The notes under the pieces were generated by a model. It worked only from the letters and a program-made list of their open reading frames with translations. It ran no database searches and was not told where the DNA came from. The position numbers were made by a program, and so were the translations under genes. From contig JBBDRK010000016.1 in assembly GCA_040905465.1 (NCBI GenBank), positions 22,751 through 53,376 of the forward strand: 30,626 bases of DNA. Reading direction: 5' to 3'. Origin of the DNA: Trueperaceae bacterium. GTDB taxonomy: Bacteria > Deinococcota > Deinococci > Deinococcales > Trueperaceae. Of this stretch, positions 1 through 8,292 are shown one piece after another; the stretch's first letter is position 1; every line of letters begins with the position of its first letter.

Positions 1-47
<47 letters not shown>

Positions 48-56
48 TGGTAGTCC

Positions 57-116
57 AAAAGCGCCGCGGCGAGTCCTTGCGCTCGCCGGTACGCATCGGG
101 AGCCCAGCGGCGGCGC
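57..116 (-). terminator. possible terminator-like structure downstream of the flavin oxidoreductase
   Basis: GCGCCGC (61-67) pairs with GCGGCGC (110-116); inner GGCGAG/CTCGCC stem (68-73/82-87); followed by TTTT on the minus strand (57-60). Confidence 0.3.
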
Positions 117-118
117 GG

Positions 119-1201
119 TCATAGTTTCGCCCGCTCGTACTGCGCCGGCCAAGGCACATCCACCCCCAACTCCCGCGCCGCAAGAAGTGGCCAGTAGGGG
201 TTGCGCAGCAACGCCCTGGCGAGCAGCACCAGGTCCGCCTGGCCGGTGCGAATCACATGATCGGCCTGCTGGGCCTCGGTAATCATGCCGACCGCCCCGG
301 TCATGATTCCCGTGCGCCGCCGGATTTCCGCCGCGGCAGAGGTCTGGTAACCGGGACCGATGGGTACTGCTGCGACAACGTTGCCGCCGGAGGAGCAGTC
401 GATAAGATCCACGCCGAGAGCGGTCAGACGACCGGCCAGAGCGACGGAGTCCTCTACCGTCCAGCCTCCCTCGCTCCAGTCGGTCGTCGAGATTCGCACG
501 AAAAGCGGCAGGGTCTTCGGCCATTCGCTGCGAACGGCGGTCACTACGTCCTCGAGAAGCCGCACCCTGTTTTCGAACGAACCGCCGTATTCGTCGGCAC
601 GCTTGTTGGCGAGAGGCGACAGGAAGGAGCTGATCAGGTAACCGTGGGCGCCGTGAATCTCGATGAGCCTGAAGCCGGCCTCCCGGGCGCGGCGAGCGGC
701 CTGGGCGAACGCGTCGGTCACGGTGGCGATTCCTTCGGCGTCGAGCTGCTCCGGCACCTGGTACCCGTCTCCGAAGGCGATGGAAGACGGCGCCACGATC
801 GGCGACCAGCCGCCGCCGGCTTCGTCGAGCGCGTGCCGTCCTTCCCAAGGCCGACGGGTGCTTGCCTTGCGGCCGGCGTGGGCCAACTGCACACCCGCAA
901 CTGCCCCGGCCCCCTCCACGAGGTCCACAATCTTGCGATAAGACGCGATGTGGTCGTCCGACCAGATGCCCAGGTCTTGCGGGCTGATGCGTCCGCGCGC
1001 CTCGACCGCTGCCGCCTCGGTGATGACCACTCCGGCGCCGCCAACGGCGCGCGAGGCGAGATGAACGTAGTGCCAGTCGTTCGGATAGCCGTCCTCGGCC
1101 GAGTACTGGCACATCGGCGAAACGGCGATGCGGTTCCTGGAAGTCACCTCGCGGAGGCGCAGCGGGGAGAAGAGATGGTGGGGCAGAATGTGCGGTTCCA
1201 T
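119..1201 (-). CDS. namA: NADH:flavin oxidoreductase / old yellow enzyme, YqjM (NamA)-like subclass
   Basis: Motifs NRIAVSPMCQYS, QLAHAGRK, EIHGAHGYL, DEYGGSFENR and C-terminal QYERA. Start moved to ATG 1201 because the longer ORF overlaps the FGE gene. Confidence 0.93.
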   Translation of the reverse strand: MEPHILPHHLFSPLRLREVTSRNRIAVSPMCQYSAEDGYPNDWHYVHLASRAVGGAGVVITEAAAVEARGRISPQDLGIWSDDHIASYRKIVDLVEGAGAVAGVQLAHAGRKASTRRPWEGRHALDEAGGGWSPIVAPSSIAFGDGYQVPEQLDAEGIATVTDAFAQAARRAREAGFRLIEIHGAHGYLISSFLSPLANKRADEYGGSFENRVRLLEDVVTAVRSEWPKTLPLFVRISTTDWSEGGWTVEDSVALAGRLTALGVDLIDCSSGGNVVAAVPIGPGYQTSAAAEIRRRTGIMTGAVGMITEAQQADHVIRTGQADLVLLARALLRNPYWPLLAARELGVDVPWPAQYERAKL

Positions 1202-1282
1202 GGCCCAAGCGTATCCTGCCGTGCTGCCCGGCGATCGGGCCGCATCGGCAGGCGGAAACGCCGCGGGTGCTAGCCTGTACTG

Positions 1283-2227
1283 ATGGGCAACGAGAATCCG
1301 ACGGCGTGTTGCTCGCCCTCCAAACGAGTTCGCTCCGAGGCCCGCCCCGCTCAGGACATCGCGGTTGCAGAGGCAGATTTCGATCGGCGGATGGTCCGCC
1401 TTCCGGGACGAGCGTTCCTGATGGGAACCGCCGCCGAGACCTTCCCCGACGATGGCGAAGGGCCGGTGCGCGAAGTCTCGGTCCCTGCTTTCTGGATCGA
1501 TCCCTGTGCCGTCTCGAACGAGGACTTCGCGGCCTTCGCAGACGCCACCGGGTTCGTCAGCGAGGCGGAAGTGTTCGGTTGGTCGTTCGTGTTCCACCAG
1601 TTCCTGAGGAAGGACACCCGGCCTACTCGCTCGGTGCCAGCGGCCCCATGGTGGAGGCAGGTATTCGGCGCCACTTGGCGTCATCCCGAGGGGCCCGGCT
1701 CCTCGCTCGAGGGACGCATGAACCATCCCGTGGTCCACGTGTCCTGGAACGACGCCACCGCCTATGCATCGTGGGCGGGGAAGCGGTTGCCGACGGAAGC
1801 GGAGTGGGAGTACGCTGCTCGCGGCGGTCTGGAACAGCAGTCGTACCCGTGGGGCAACCGGCTGGTGCCCAACAAGAAACACCGTTGCAACACCTGGCAA
1901 GGAACCTTTCCCACGCACAACTCCGGCCGGGACGGATTTCTCGGAACCGCCCCGGTCGACGCATTCGAACCGAACGGCTACGGGCTCTTCAATACCTCCG
2001 GCAACGTCTGGGAGTGGTGCTCCGACTGGTTCAGCTCCGACTTCCATCTGAGCGGACCGAGGGAGAACCCAAAGGGGCCGCCGGCCGGCGACGCCAAGGT
2101 CGTCAAGGGCGGCTCATACCTGTGCCACGCCTCGTACTGCAACCGCTACCGGGTGGCGGCGCGCACACACAACACTCCGGACAGCACGACCGGCCACATG
2201 GGCTTTCGGTTGGTGCGAGACGCCTAG
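1283..2227 (+). CDS. formylglycine-generating enzyme (SUMF1/FGE, sulfatase maturase)
   Basis: [53 protein letters not shown] (both catalytic Cys present), GFR at C-terminus. Confidence 0.95.
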   Translation: MGNENPTACCSPSKRVRSEARPAQDIAVAEADFDRRMVRLPGRAFLMGTAAETFPDDGEGPVREVSVPAFWIDPCAVSNEDFAAFADATGFVSEAEVFGWSFVFHQFLRKDTRPTRSVPAAPWWRQVFGATWRHPEGPGSSLEGRMNHPVVHVSWNDATAYASWAGKRLPTEAEWEYAARGGLEQQSYPWGNRLVPNKKHRCNTWQGTFPTHNSGRDGFLGTAPVDAFEPNGYGLFNTSGNVWEWCSDWFSSDFHLSGPRENPKGPPAGDAKVVKGGSYLCHASYCNRYRVAARTHNTPDSTTGHMGFRLVRDA

Positions 2228-2259
2228 CTTCAACTAACCTTGTCGGTCTCCGAGCGCAA

Positions 2260-3786
2260 CTAGAGGCGCAGGCGCGTCAACTGCTCTTCGGGAGCTCCGA
2301 TCTCCAGAGCGTGGCCGCGGAGCATTGCTTCCAGCTCCCTGACGACCTCCGGACGACTTTCGGCGAGGTTTGTGGTTTGGTTGGGGTCGTTCGAATTGTT
2401 GAAGAGAAGGTCGGAACGCGGAGGCGAGGCGGCTATCGGCCGCCGGCGGTCCATCCGCCACACCGGTGTCGAAACGCCGGGAATGTATGGTCCTGCCCGC
2501 AGCTCGGGGAATTCGAAGGGTCGTTCCCGCCGCCGTGCCCAACCGCGCCCACGTCCACCCAACTGTTCGACTTGATGGGTGTACCAGTAGGCAGGCGCCG
2601 CGGACTGGTCCTGGTCGCGCAGCAATGTCCACTCGCCGGCAGTAATGCCGATCCGCTCGTTGTTGTAAGCGTAGACGGCGTGGTCCCGATGGGAATCGGC
2701 CTTGCCCAAGATCGCGGGAGCGAAACTCCTACTGTGAACGTTCTCGGAGTCCGGGGGATCGCAGCCGAGCAGCTCCAGGATCGTCGAGTAAAGATCCACC
2801 GTTTGAGTCATGGCATCCACCCGCTGGCCGTTATGGCTCCCCTGCGGATGCCAGACGAAAAGCGGTATGTGGCAGAGAGTGTTGTACAGCGGTGCCGCCG
2901 GCTTGCCCATCCAGCCGTGGTCACCGAGGAAGTGCCCATGATCCGTAGTAACTATTACGCAACTGCGGTCCAAGATGCCGGTTTCGTCGAGCGCATCGAG
3001 AACCCGGCCGAACCACGTATCCACCATCGTCAGTTTCCCGGCGAACTGGGCTCTTACCCAAGCGACCTCTTCCGGACTCAACGCCCCCGGTCCCTGGTCG
3101 ACATTGCCGTACAGTGGCCACGGGTTGTACTTCCGGTAGTCGTCGTCGCTGTACATCGAACGGTAGGGTTCGGGCACGTGAAAGGGCTCATGTACGTCGA
3201 AGCAGTCAACGTGTAGGTAAAAGCGTTCAAGATCACGGTTCTTTCGCAGCCACTCCGCCGTGCGGTTCATGACCCGGGGTCCGAAGAAGTCCTGTTCGCC
3301 CCGAAAGTCCTGGGTGTTGTTCAGGTATATGTACGCACCTTCGTTGCGTCGCCTGATCATTTCCGTCGCCCAGTCGGGTACGTCATCGACTCGGTCCGTT
3401 CGCCAGTTGTCGTGTTCATGACCGCGGATGAAGTCGTAACCTTCGAAGTCGTAATGGTAGTTGTGGCTGCCCCATTCGAAGAAGTGGTAATGATCGGTGA
3501 TCAGTTGGCTGGTGATTCCCTTGTGGCCGGCGAGATGTGCCACGGGCTTGTCCCACGGTTCGAGTGGCCCCCATTCGCGCCACCAGAACTCCTCGGTACC
3601 GGCCCACGCCTCGCGGCGGGCGGGCATGCACGGAAGAGAGCCGGTAAAGTGATTCTGAAATGTGGCGGACCGTTCGGCGAAGGCGGTGAGGTTGGGGGCA
3701 TTGATCCAGTCGTTGCCATGAATCGGCAGGAAGTGTCGGTTCAGGGAGTCGATCTGGATGACGATGACGCTCATGTCGTCAGACAT
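2260..3786 (-). CDS. Cys-type sulfatase-family hydrolase (alkaline phosphatase superfamily), cytoplasmic
   Basis: N-terminal IDSLNR, CMPAR (CxPxR), DVHEPF, TTDHG..GDHG; RBS GGAAGG; no signal peptide. Confidence 0.9.
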   Translation of the reverse strand: MSDDMSVIVIQIDSLNRHFLPIHGNDWINAPNLTAFAERSATFQNHFTGSLPCMPARREAWAGTEEFWWREWGPLEPWDKPVAHLAGHKGITSQLITDHYHFFEWGSHNYHYDFEGYDFIRGHEHDNWRTDRVDDVPDWATEMIRRRNEGAYIYLNNTQDFRGEQDFFGPRVMNRTAEWLRKNRDLERFYLHVDCFDVHEPFHVPEPYRSMYSDDDYRKYNPWPLYGNVDQGPGALSPEEVAWVRAQFAGKLTMVDTWFGRVLDALDETGILDRSCVIVTTDHGHFLGDHGWMGKPAAPLYNTLCHIPLFVWHPQGSHNGQRVDAMTQTVDLYSTILELLGCDPPDSENVHSRSFAPAILGKADSHRDHAVYAYNNERIGITAGEWTLLRDQDQSAAPAYWYTHQVEQLGGRGRGWARRRERPFEFPELRAGPYIPGVSTPVWRMDRRRPIAASPPRSDLLFNNSNDPNQTTNLAESRPEVVRELEAMLRGHALEIGAPEEQLTRLRL

Positions 3787-3996
3787 CTGTTTCCTTCCGG
3801 CAAAACGGTAAAGGGCATTTGCGCTTCAGCTATGTCGGCGGCCAGGAATAGTTCCGACCGCGGCAGACGCCCATGTTACGACGACACTCCTCCGGCAAGA
3901 GCCGGTGTGTTATCTCCTCGAACTGTCGAACGCACCTCCGATCCGCGCCAGCGACGAGCGGCCCCACTCGCTTCGATCTCATCTATGTGCGTTCAA

Positions 3997-4025
3997 TTGA
4001 CAAGCTTCTATAGCTGTATTAAAAT
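3997..4025 (+). promoter_or_regulatory. near-consensus sigma70/SigA promoter for the ABC operon
   Basis: TTGACA (3997-4002), 17-bp spacer, TAAAAT (4020-4025), in an AT-rich patch. Confidence 0.8.
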
Positions 4026-4028
4026 GCA

Positions 4029-4042
4029 TGACAGCGCTAACA
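4029..4042 (+). promoter_or_regulatory. LacI-family operator overlapping the predicted transcription start
   Basis: TGACAGCGCTAACA fits the LacI/cre-type pattern TGWNANCGNTNWCA with central CG. Confidence 0.65.
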
Positions 4043-4329
4043 CACAGAGTTGACCGTGCCCACCCGCCGCGCCGAAGTCGACCACCGGTCGCGATAATTC
4101 CGCACCGATTTCAAATGTCTCTGCCACCGCCTGAACGCTTAATATCCTGTCATCTCTCGCCTGCGTTCGGACCGCGCGTGTCGCCGCATCTAATCAGGAG
4201 GGCAAGTCGAAAGCGATTTGCCGGAGGGGGGTAGGAACAAGGCGCGACTGTAGAACCGCAAGCGCCCCCTCAGTACTGTTTCATCGCATCGTAGCGAACA
4301 CTCCAAACGATCGGGAAGAGGAGACGGAA

Positions 4330-5595
4330 ATGAAACTGAAACTTGTCCTGCTTTGTCTGGTCCTGACCGGTTTGAGCATCGCCACCGCTCAAACCAGGAT
4401 CGAAGTGTGGTACTCCCTCGGGCAGAACTTCGGCGCTCCGCTATTCGAGGAGTTCTCGGAGCGGTTCAATGCCGAGCGGGATGACATCGTGGCAGACGCG
4501 ATTTACGCAGGCGTGTACGCCGATACCGTCCAGAAGGCCCAAGCGGCGGTAGCTGCCGGCAATCCTCCGGCCGTCCTCATGCTTGAGCAGACGCGCGGGC
4601 CCGCCTTCGTCGATGCGCAAGCGGTACTCTCCCTCGAGCAGCTGATATCGAGCGACCCAGACTTCGACCTGAGCGACTTCCCCGAGCCGCTTCTGGAAAC
4701 CTGCCGAATCGACGGCACTCTCTACTGCATTCCGTTCAATCCGAGCACGCCAATAGTTTTCCACAACAAGGATATGTTCCGCGAAGTCGGTCTTGATCCG
4801 GAGACCGACGTGCCGGAGACGTGGGATGAACTTCTTGCAATCGGAGATGACTTTGCCCGGTACAACGACAACGGAGAGCTGGAACGGCGCGCGTTCGGCC
4901 TCCCGACGGCTCCGACCTGGCTTTTCGATACCTGGCTCGGTCAAGCAGGGGGAACCCATCTCAACGAGCAGGGAGACGCTTTCGTCTTCAACGACGAGCA
5001 CGGAGTGCGAGTCGCCGAGTTCTGGCTGGAACTGATCGAGAATGATGTGGCACGACCATTCCAGGGTGCACAGAACAACGCTTCGCCGGACTTCTTCGGA
5101 GGCCGTCAGGCGATGATGGTCGCTTCTACTGCCAGCCTGGAGAGCCGTTTCGAGCAGGCGGAGTTCGACATCGGAGCGGCTCCATTCTGGTGTGGCGAGC
5201 AGTGCTACGTACCGATCGGCGGCGCCAACCTCTTCATCACCGAAAAGTCGAGCGAGGCGGAACGTCAGGCTGCCTGGGAGTTCATCAAGTGGATCACTTC
5301 GACAGAAAACACCGCAGAATTCGCTGCCGCCACCGGCTACATGGCAGTCCGCAGATCCGCGCTGGAAACTGAAACGATGCGGGAACAGTTCCAGCGGCGG
5401 CCGGAGGCTCGCATCACCTACGAGCAGATGGAAAGCCACGGGCATCCCCGGCCGCTCGTCCCGTTCTGGAACGACGTGCAGTCGCAGATAACGGTTGCTT
5501 CGGAGAAGGTGCTGCTGGACAACCAGGACCCGCAGCGTGCTCTCGACGAAGCGGTCGCGGAAGCCGACCGCCTCCTCCGGGTGTATGCACGTTGA
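4330..5595 (+). CDS. ABC transporter substrate-binding protein, CUT1/UgpB-like
   Basis: Sec signal peptide (..SIATA|Q); LYCIPFNPSTPIVFHNKDMF, PETWDEL, GGANL, AAWEFIKW, ATGY; RBS GAGGAG. Confidence 0.9.
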   Translation: MKLKLVLLCLVLTGLSIATAQTRIEVWYSLGQNFGAPLFEEFSERFNAERDDIVADAIYAGVYADTVQKAQAAVAAGNPPAVLMLEQTRGPAFVDAQAVLSLEQLISSDPDFDLSDFPEPLLETCRIDGTLYCIPFNPSTPIVFHNKDMFREVGLDPETDVPETWDELLAIGDDFARYNDNGELERRAFGLPTAPTWLFDTWLGQAGGTHLNEQGDAFVFNDEHGVRVAEFWLELIENDVARPFQGAQNNASPDFFGGRQAMMVASTASLESRFEQAEFDIGAAPFWCGEQCYVPIGGANLFITEKSSEAERQAAWEFIKWITSTENTAEFAAATGYMAVRRSALETETMREQFQRRPEARITYEQMESHGHPRPLVPFWNDVQSQITVASEKVLLDNQDPQRALDEAVAEADRLLRVYAR

Positions 5596-6535
5596 CGACG
5601 GAATCGACAAGGCGAGCCGCACGGGACGTGCGGCTCGCCCCCTTGCGCGCGTCAGCCTGAAGCGACACAGGGAGAGCCTCTCGGCCCTCCTGTTCCTGCT
5701 CCCGGCGGGCATCATCCTCTTCACTTTCCAGTTTCTGCCTGCTGTCGACGTATTTCGCCTGAGCCTGACGGACAGGCTCCTCATCCGACCGTTCAGCAAC
5801 TTCGTCGGCCTCGACAACTATCAACGACTCATGACCGACGGTCGGTTCTGGAACTCCGTCGGAAATACCTTTTACTTCGTGCTTGCCAGCGTTCCCCTTC
5901 AGATCGCCCTGGCGCTTTCACTCGCGCTAGGGTTGGCGGGGAAGGTCCGCGCCGTCGGGTTCTTCCGCACCACCTTCTTTCTGCCCGTAGTCGCCTCGAT
6001 GGTGGCTGTATCCGTGGTCTGGGAGTGGCTCTACCATCCCAGCGTGGGGTTGTTCAATGCCGTGATAGAGCTGGCCGGGGGTACGCCCGTGCAATGGCTC
6101 CAAAGCAGCCAATGGGCCATGCCAGCGATCATCATCCTGATCGTATGGAAGGGCACCGGGTATTACATGGTGATCTATCTTGCCGGTTTGATGGACATCC
6201 CAAAGCAGTACTACGAGGCGGCCCATATAGACGGAGCTCGCAAGTGGGACCTGTTCCGCTACATCACTTGGCCGATGCTGGCTCCCACCAGTTATCTCGT
6301 GCTGGTACTGCAGGTAATCAATTCCTTCCAGGTATTCGCAGTGGTCTACGTGATGACCGGGGGTGGGCCGGTGCGCTCCACTGAAGTGGTCGTCTTCTAC
6401 CTATATCAACGGGCTTTCGAAAGCTTCGAGTTCGGTTATGCATCCGCTATATCGGTTGCCATGTTCCTGTTCCTCGTAACGGCCACCATCCTGCAACGAG
6501 TGTTCATCGGAAGCAAAGTGAGTTACGAACGGTGA
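5585..6535 (+). CDS. carbohydrate ABC permease (MalF/UgpA-like)
   Basis: FVGLDNY, FFLP, EAA loop (YYEAAHIDGA..W..FRYIT), TGGGP, GYASA; ATG 5585 overlaps the end of the SBP gene. Confidence 0.92.
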   Translation: MHVDDGIDKASRTGRAARPLARVSLKRHRESLSALLFLLPAGIILFTFQFLPAVDVFRLSLTDRLLIRPFSNFVGLDNYQRLMTDGRFWNSVGNTFYFVLASVPLQIALALSLALGLAGKVRAVGFFRTTFFLPVVASMVAVSVVWEWLYHPSVGLFNAVIELAGGTPVQWLQSSQWAMPAIIILIVWKGTGYYMVIYLAGLMDIPKQYYEAAHIDGARKWDLFRYITWPMLAPTSYLVLVLQVINSFQVFAVVYVMTGGGPVRSTEVVVFYLYQRAFESFEFGYASAISVAMFLFLVTATILQRVFIGSKVSYER

Positions 6536-7374
6536 GCAGGCTCGGCAGTGGATCGCAGCAGCTGAACAGGGAAGTCCTGATGGTTTCCCTCTTTCTCAGT
6601 CTTGCCGCCTTCATCTGGTTGTTTCCGTTCGTCTGGACCCTGGTTGCGTCCTTCAAGCCGAACAACGAATTCTTTACCACGATCTGGGGACTTCCCAGCC
6701 GGGCTGCGATCGAGAATTACACCACTGCGTACCGCGACATGAACTACCCTCGGGCGTTGGCCAACAGCCTGTTCGTGGCCACGTCGGCGGCCTTGCTGCA
6801 GTGCGTTACCGGTACGCTGGCGGCCTTCGCGTTCGCCAGGATGCGGTTCCCCGCCAAAGAAGTGATCTTCATGCTGTTCCTGGCGACGATGATGATTCCC
6901 GGTACGGTAACCCTCACCGCCAACTTCCTGATCCTCGCCAAGCTCAACTGGATCGATACTTACTGGGCCCTGATCATCCCCCATGGGGCAAGTGGCTTTT
7001 CTGTATTCCTACTGCGTCAGTTCTTCAGGACTGTCCCTATGGAGCTGGAGGAAGCGGCCCGTCTGGACGGCGCTGGACGGCTGCGTTTCCTGTGGTCCGT
7101 CGTGGTTCCGCTTGCTCGCCCGGCCCTCACGACCGTTTTCGTTTTCATATTCATTACCAACTACAACGACTTCCTGTGGCCGCTGGTAATGACCAACAGT
7201 CAGGATCTGCGCGTCATCCAGGTGGCGCTGTCGATATTTCAGGACTTCGAGCAGGGCACGAACTGGGGGCCGATCTTGGCGTCGGCGACGATCACCATGC
7301 TTCCGACGGTCGTGCTTTTCGCCTTCATGCAACGAGCCTTCATCCGTGGCATCACCAGCACAGGACTTAAGTAG
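6532..7374 (+). CDS. carbohydrate ABC permease (MalG/UgpE-like)
   Basis: ELEEAARLDGA, NDFLWPL, QRAFIRGI; GTGA stop/start coupling to the upstream permease. Confidence 0.92.
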   Translation: MSRLGSGSQQLNREVLMVSLFLSLAAFIWLFPFVWTLVASFKPNNEFFTTIWGLPSRAAIENYTTAYRDMNYPRALANSLFVATSAALLQCVTGTLAAFAFARMRFPAKEVIFMLFLATMMIPGTVTLTANFLILAKLNWIDTYWALIIPHGASGFSVFLLRQFFRTVPMELEEAARLDGAGRLRFLWSVVVPLARPALTTVFVFIFITNYNDFLWPLVMTNSQDLRVIQVALSIFQDFEQGTNWGPILASATITMLPTVVLFAFMQRAFIRGITSTGLK

Positions 7375-7394
7375 CGAATCATTAGGAGGAGCCG

Positions 7395-8180
7395 TTGGCA
7401 CCGCAAGCCTCATCCGAAACCCGCGAGCGCCCAAGGATCCTGGTGCAGGGGCACCGTGGATACAGTGAGCGTTATCCCGAGAACACGTTGCTGTCGATGG
7501 AAAGGGCATTCGCGGTCGGAGCGGACAGGGTCGAGATAGATCTCGGGCTGACTGCCGACGAGCAGGTGGTAATCATCCACGACGCAACGGTCGACCGAAC
7601 CACGAACGGCCAGGGGGAGGTCGCAACGCTCACCCTTTCACAGGTCGACGAGCTCGACGCCGGATCGTGGAAGGCTCACGAGTTCGCCGGTTCTCGCATA
7701 CCAACCCTTGACGAAGCCCTTGAACTGAGCGAACGCCGTGGGGAGCTGAACATAGAGATCAAGTGTCGCAACCGGGATACCGCCCTCGTCGCTCGCACCG
7801 CCCTACTGGGTGTGCGGACGGTAAAGCGGCACGACGCCGTGCGCCGGGTAATCTTCTCCTCGTTCTGCCTCGGACCTCTACGCCTAGCTCGTCAGGAGTG
7901 TCCGGCCGTCCGGTTGCTGCTCATTGATTGGGACGAGCCGGGCACCGGCAGCGGGCTACAGAGCGCGATCGAAGAACGATTCTTCGGGTGGGCGCCCAAG
8001 GCCGTTTACGCGACGAGCGAGCGAATCAGGGCGGCGAAGGCGGCCGGACTCCACGTGCAGATCGGTGCCGCGGAGATTGGTCCCCGGCTTTTCGAGTGGA
8101 TCGGGGACGGCGCAGACGCCTTTTCGGCAGATAATCCGGAGGAACTCGTTGCCTTCCTGGGTAAAGACCAGGAGATGTAA
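7395..8180 (+). CDS. glycerophosphodiester phosphodiesterase (GlpQ/UgpQ family)
   Basis: GHRG..PENT, VEIDL, IIHD..VDRTT, IPTL, NIEIK; strong AGGAGG RBS before a TTG start. Confidence 0.9.
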   Translation: MAPQASSETRERPRILVQGHRGYSERYPENTLLSMERAFAVGADRVEIDLGLTADEQVVIIHDATVDRTTNGQGEVATLTLSQVDELDAGSWKAHEFAGSRIPTLDEALELSERRGELNIEIKCRNRDTALVARTALLGVRTVKRHDAVRRVIFSSFCLGPLRLARQECPAVRLLLIDWDEPGTGSGLQSAIEERFFGWAPKAVYATSERIRAAKAAGLHVQIGAAEIGPRLFEWIGDGADAFSADNPEELVAFLGKDQEM

Positions 8181-8220
8181 AGATCAGGAGGTATAGCCTG
8201 AGACGGCCGGAGATGCGCGG

Positions 8221-8277
8221 GGTGGCCCCTTCCTGGGAGCACTGCGTGACGTCCTCGACCCGCACGACAAGGCCTGA
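8221..8277 (+). pseudogene. relic C-terminus of a DppC/OppC-type peptide ABC permease
   Basis: Translates GGPFLGALRDVLDPHDKA*, resembling the family end motif (N)xLGDxLRDxLDP; in-frame TAG at 8194 upstream and no start codon. Confidence 0.6.
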
Positions 8278-8292
8278 GTCGCAGGAGACAGC

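Noticed and set aside
1202-2047. N-terminal extension giving a 642-aa oxidoreductase
   Set aside because: It is antisense to the well-supported FGE gene; family similarity starts at Met 1201.
1267-3216. 649-aa plus-strand ORF
   Set aside because: Shadow frame over the FGE and sulfatase genes; Arg/Gly-rich with no motifs, as expected at high GC.
4201-4271. c-di-GMP-I or glycine riboswitch in the ABC leader
   Set aside because: Only a superficial GGCAA..GAAA resemblance; the remaining conserved elements are not visible.
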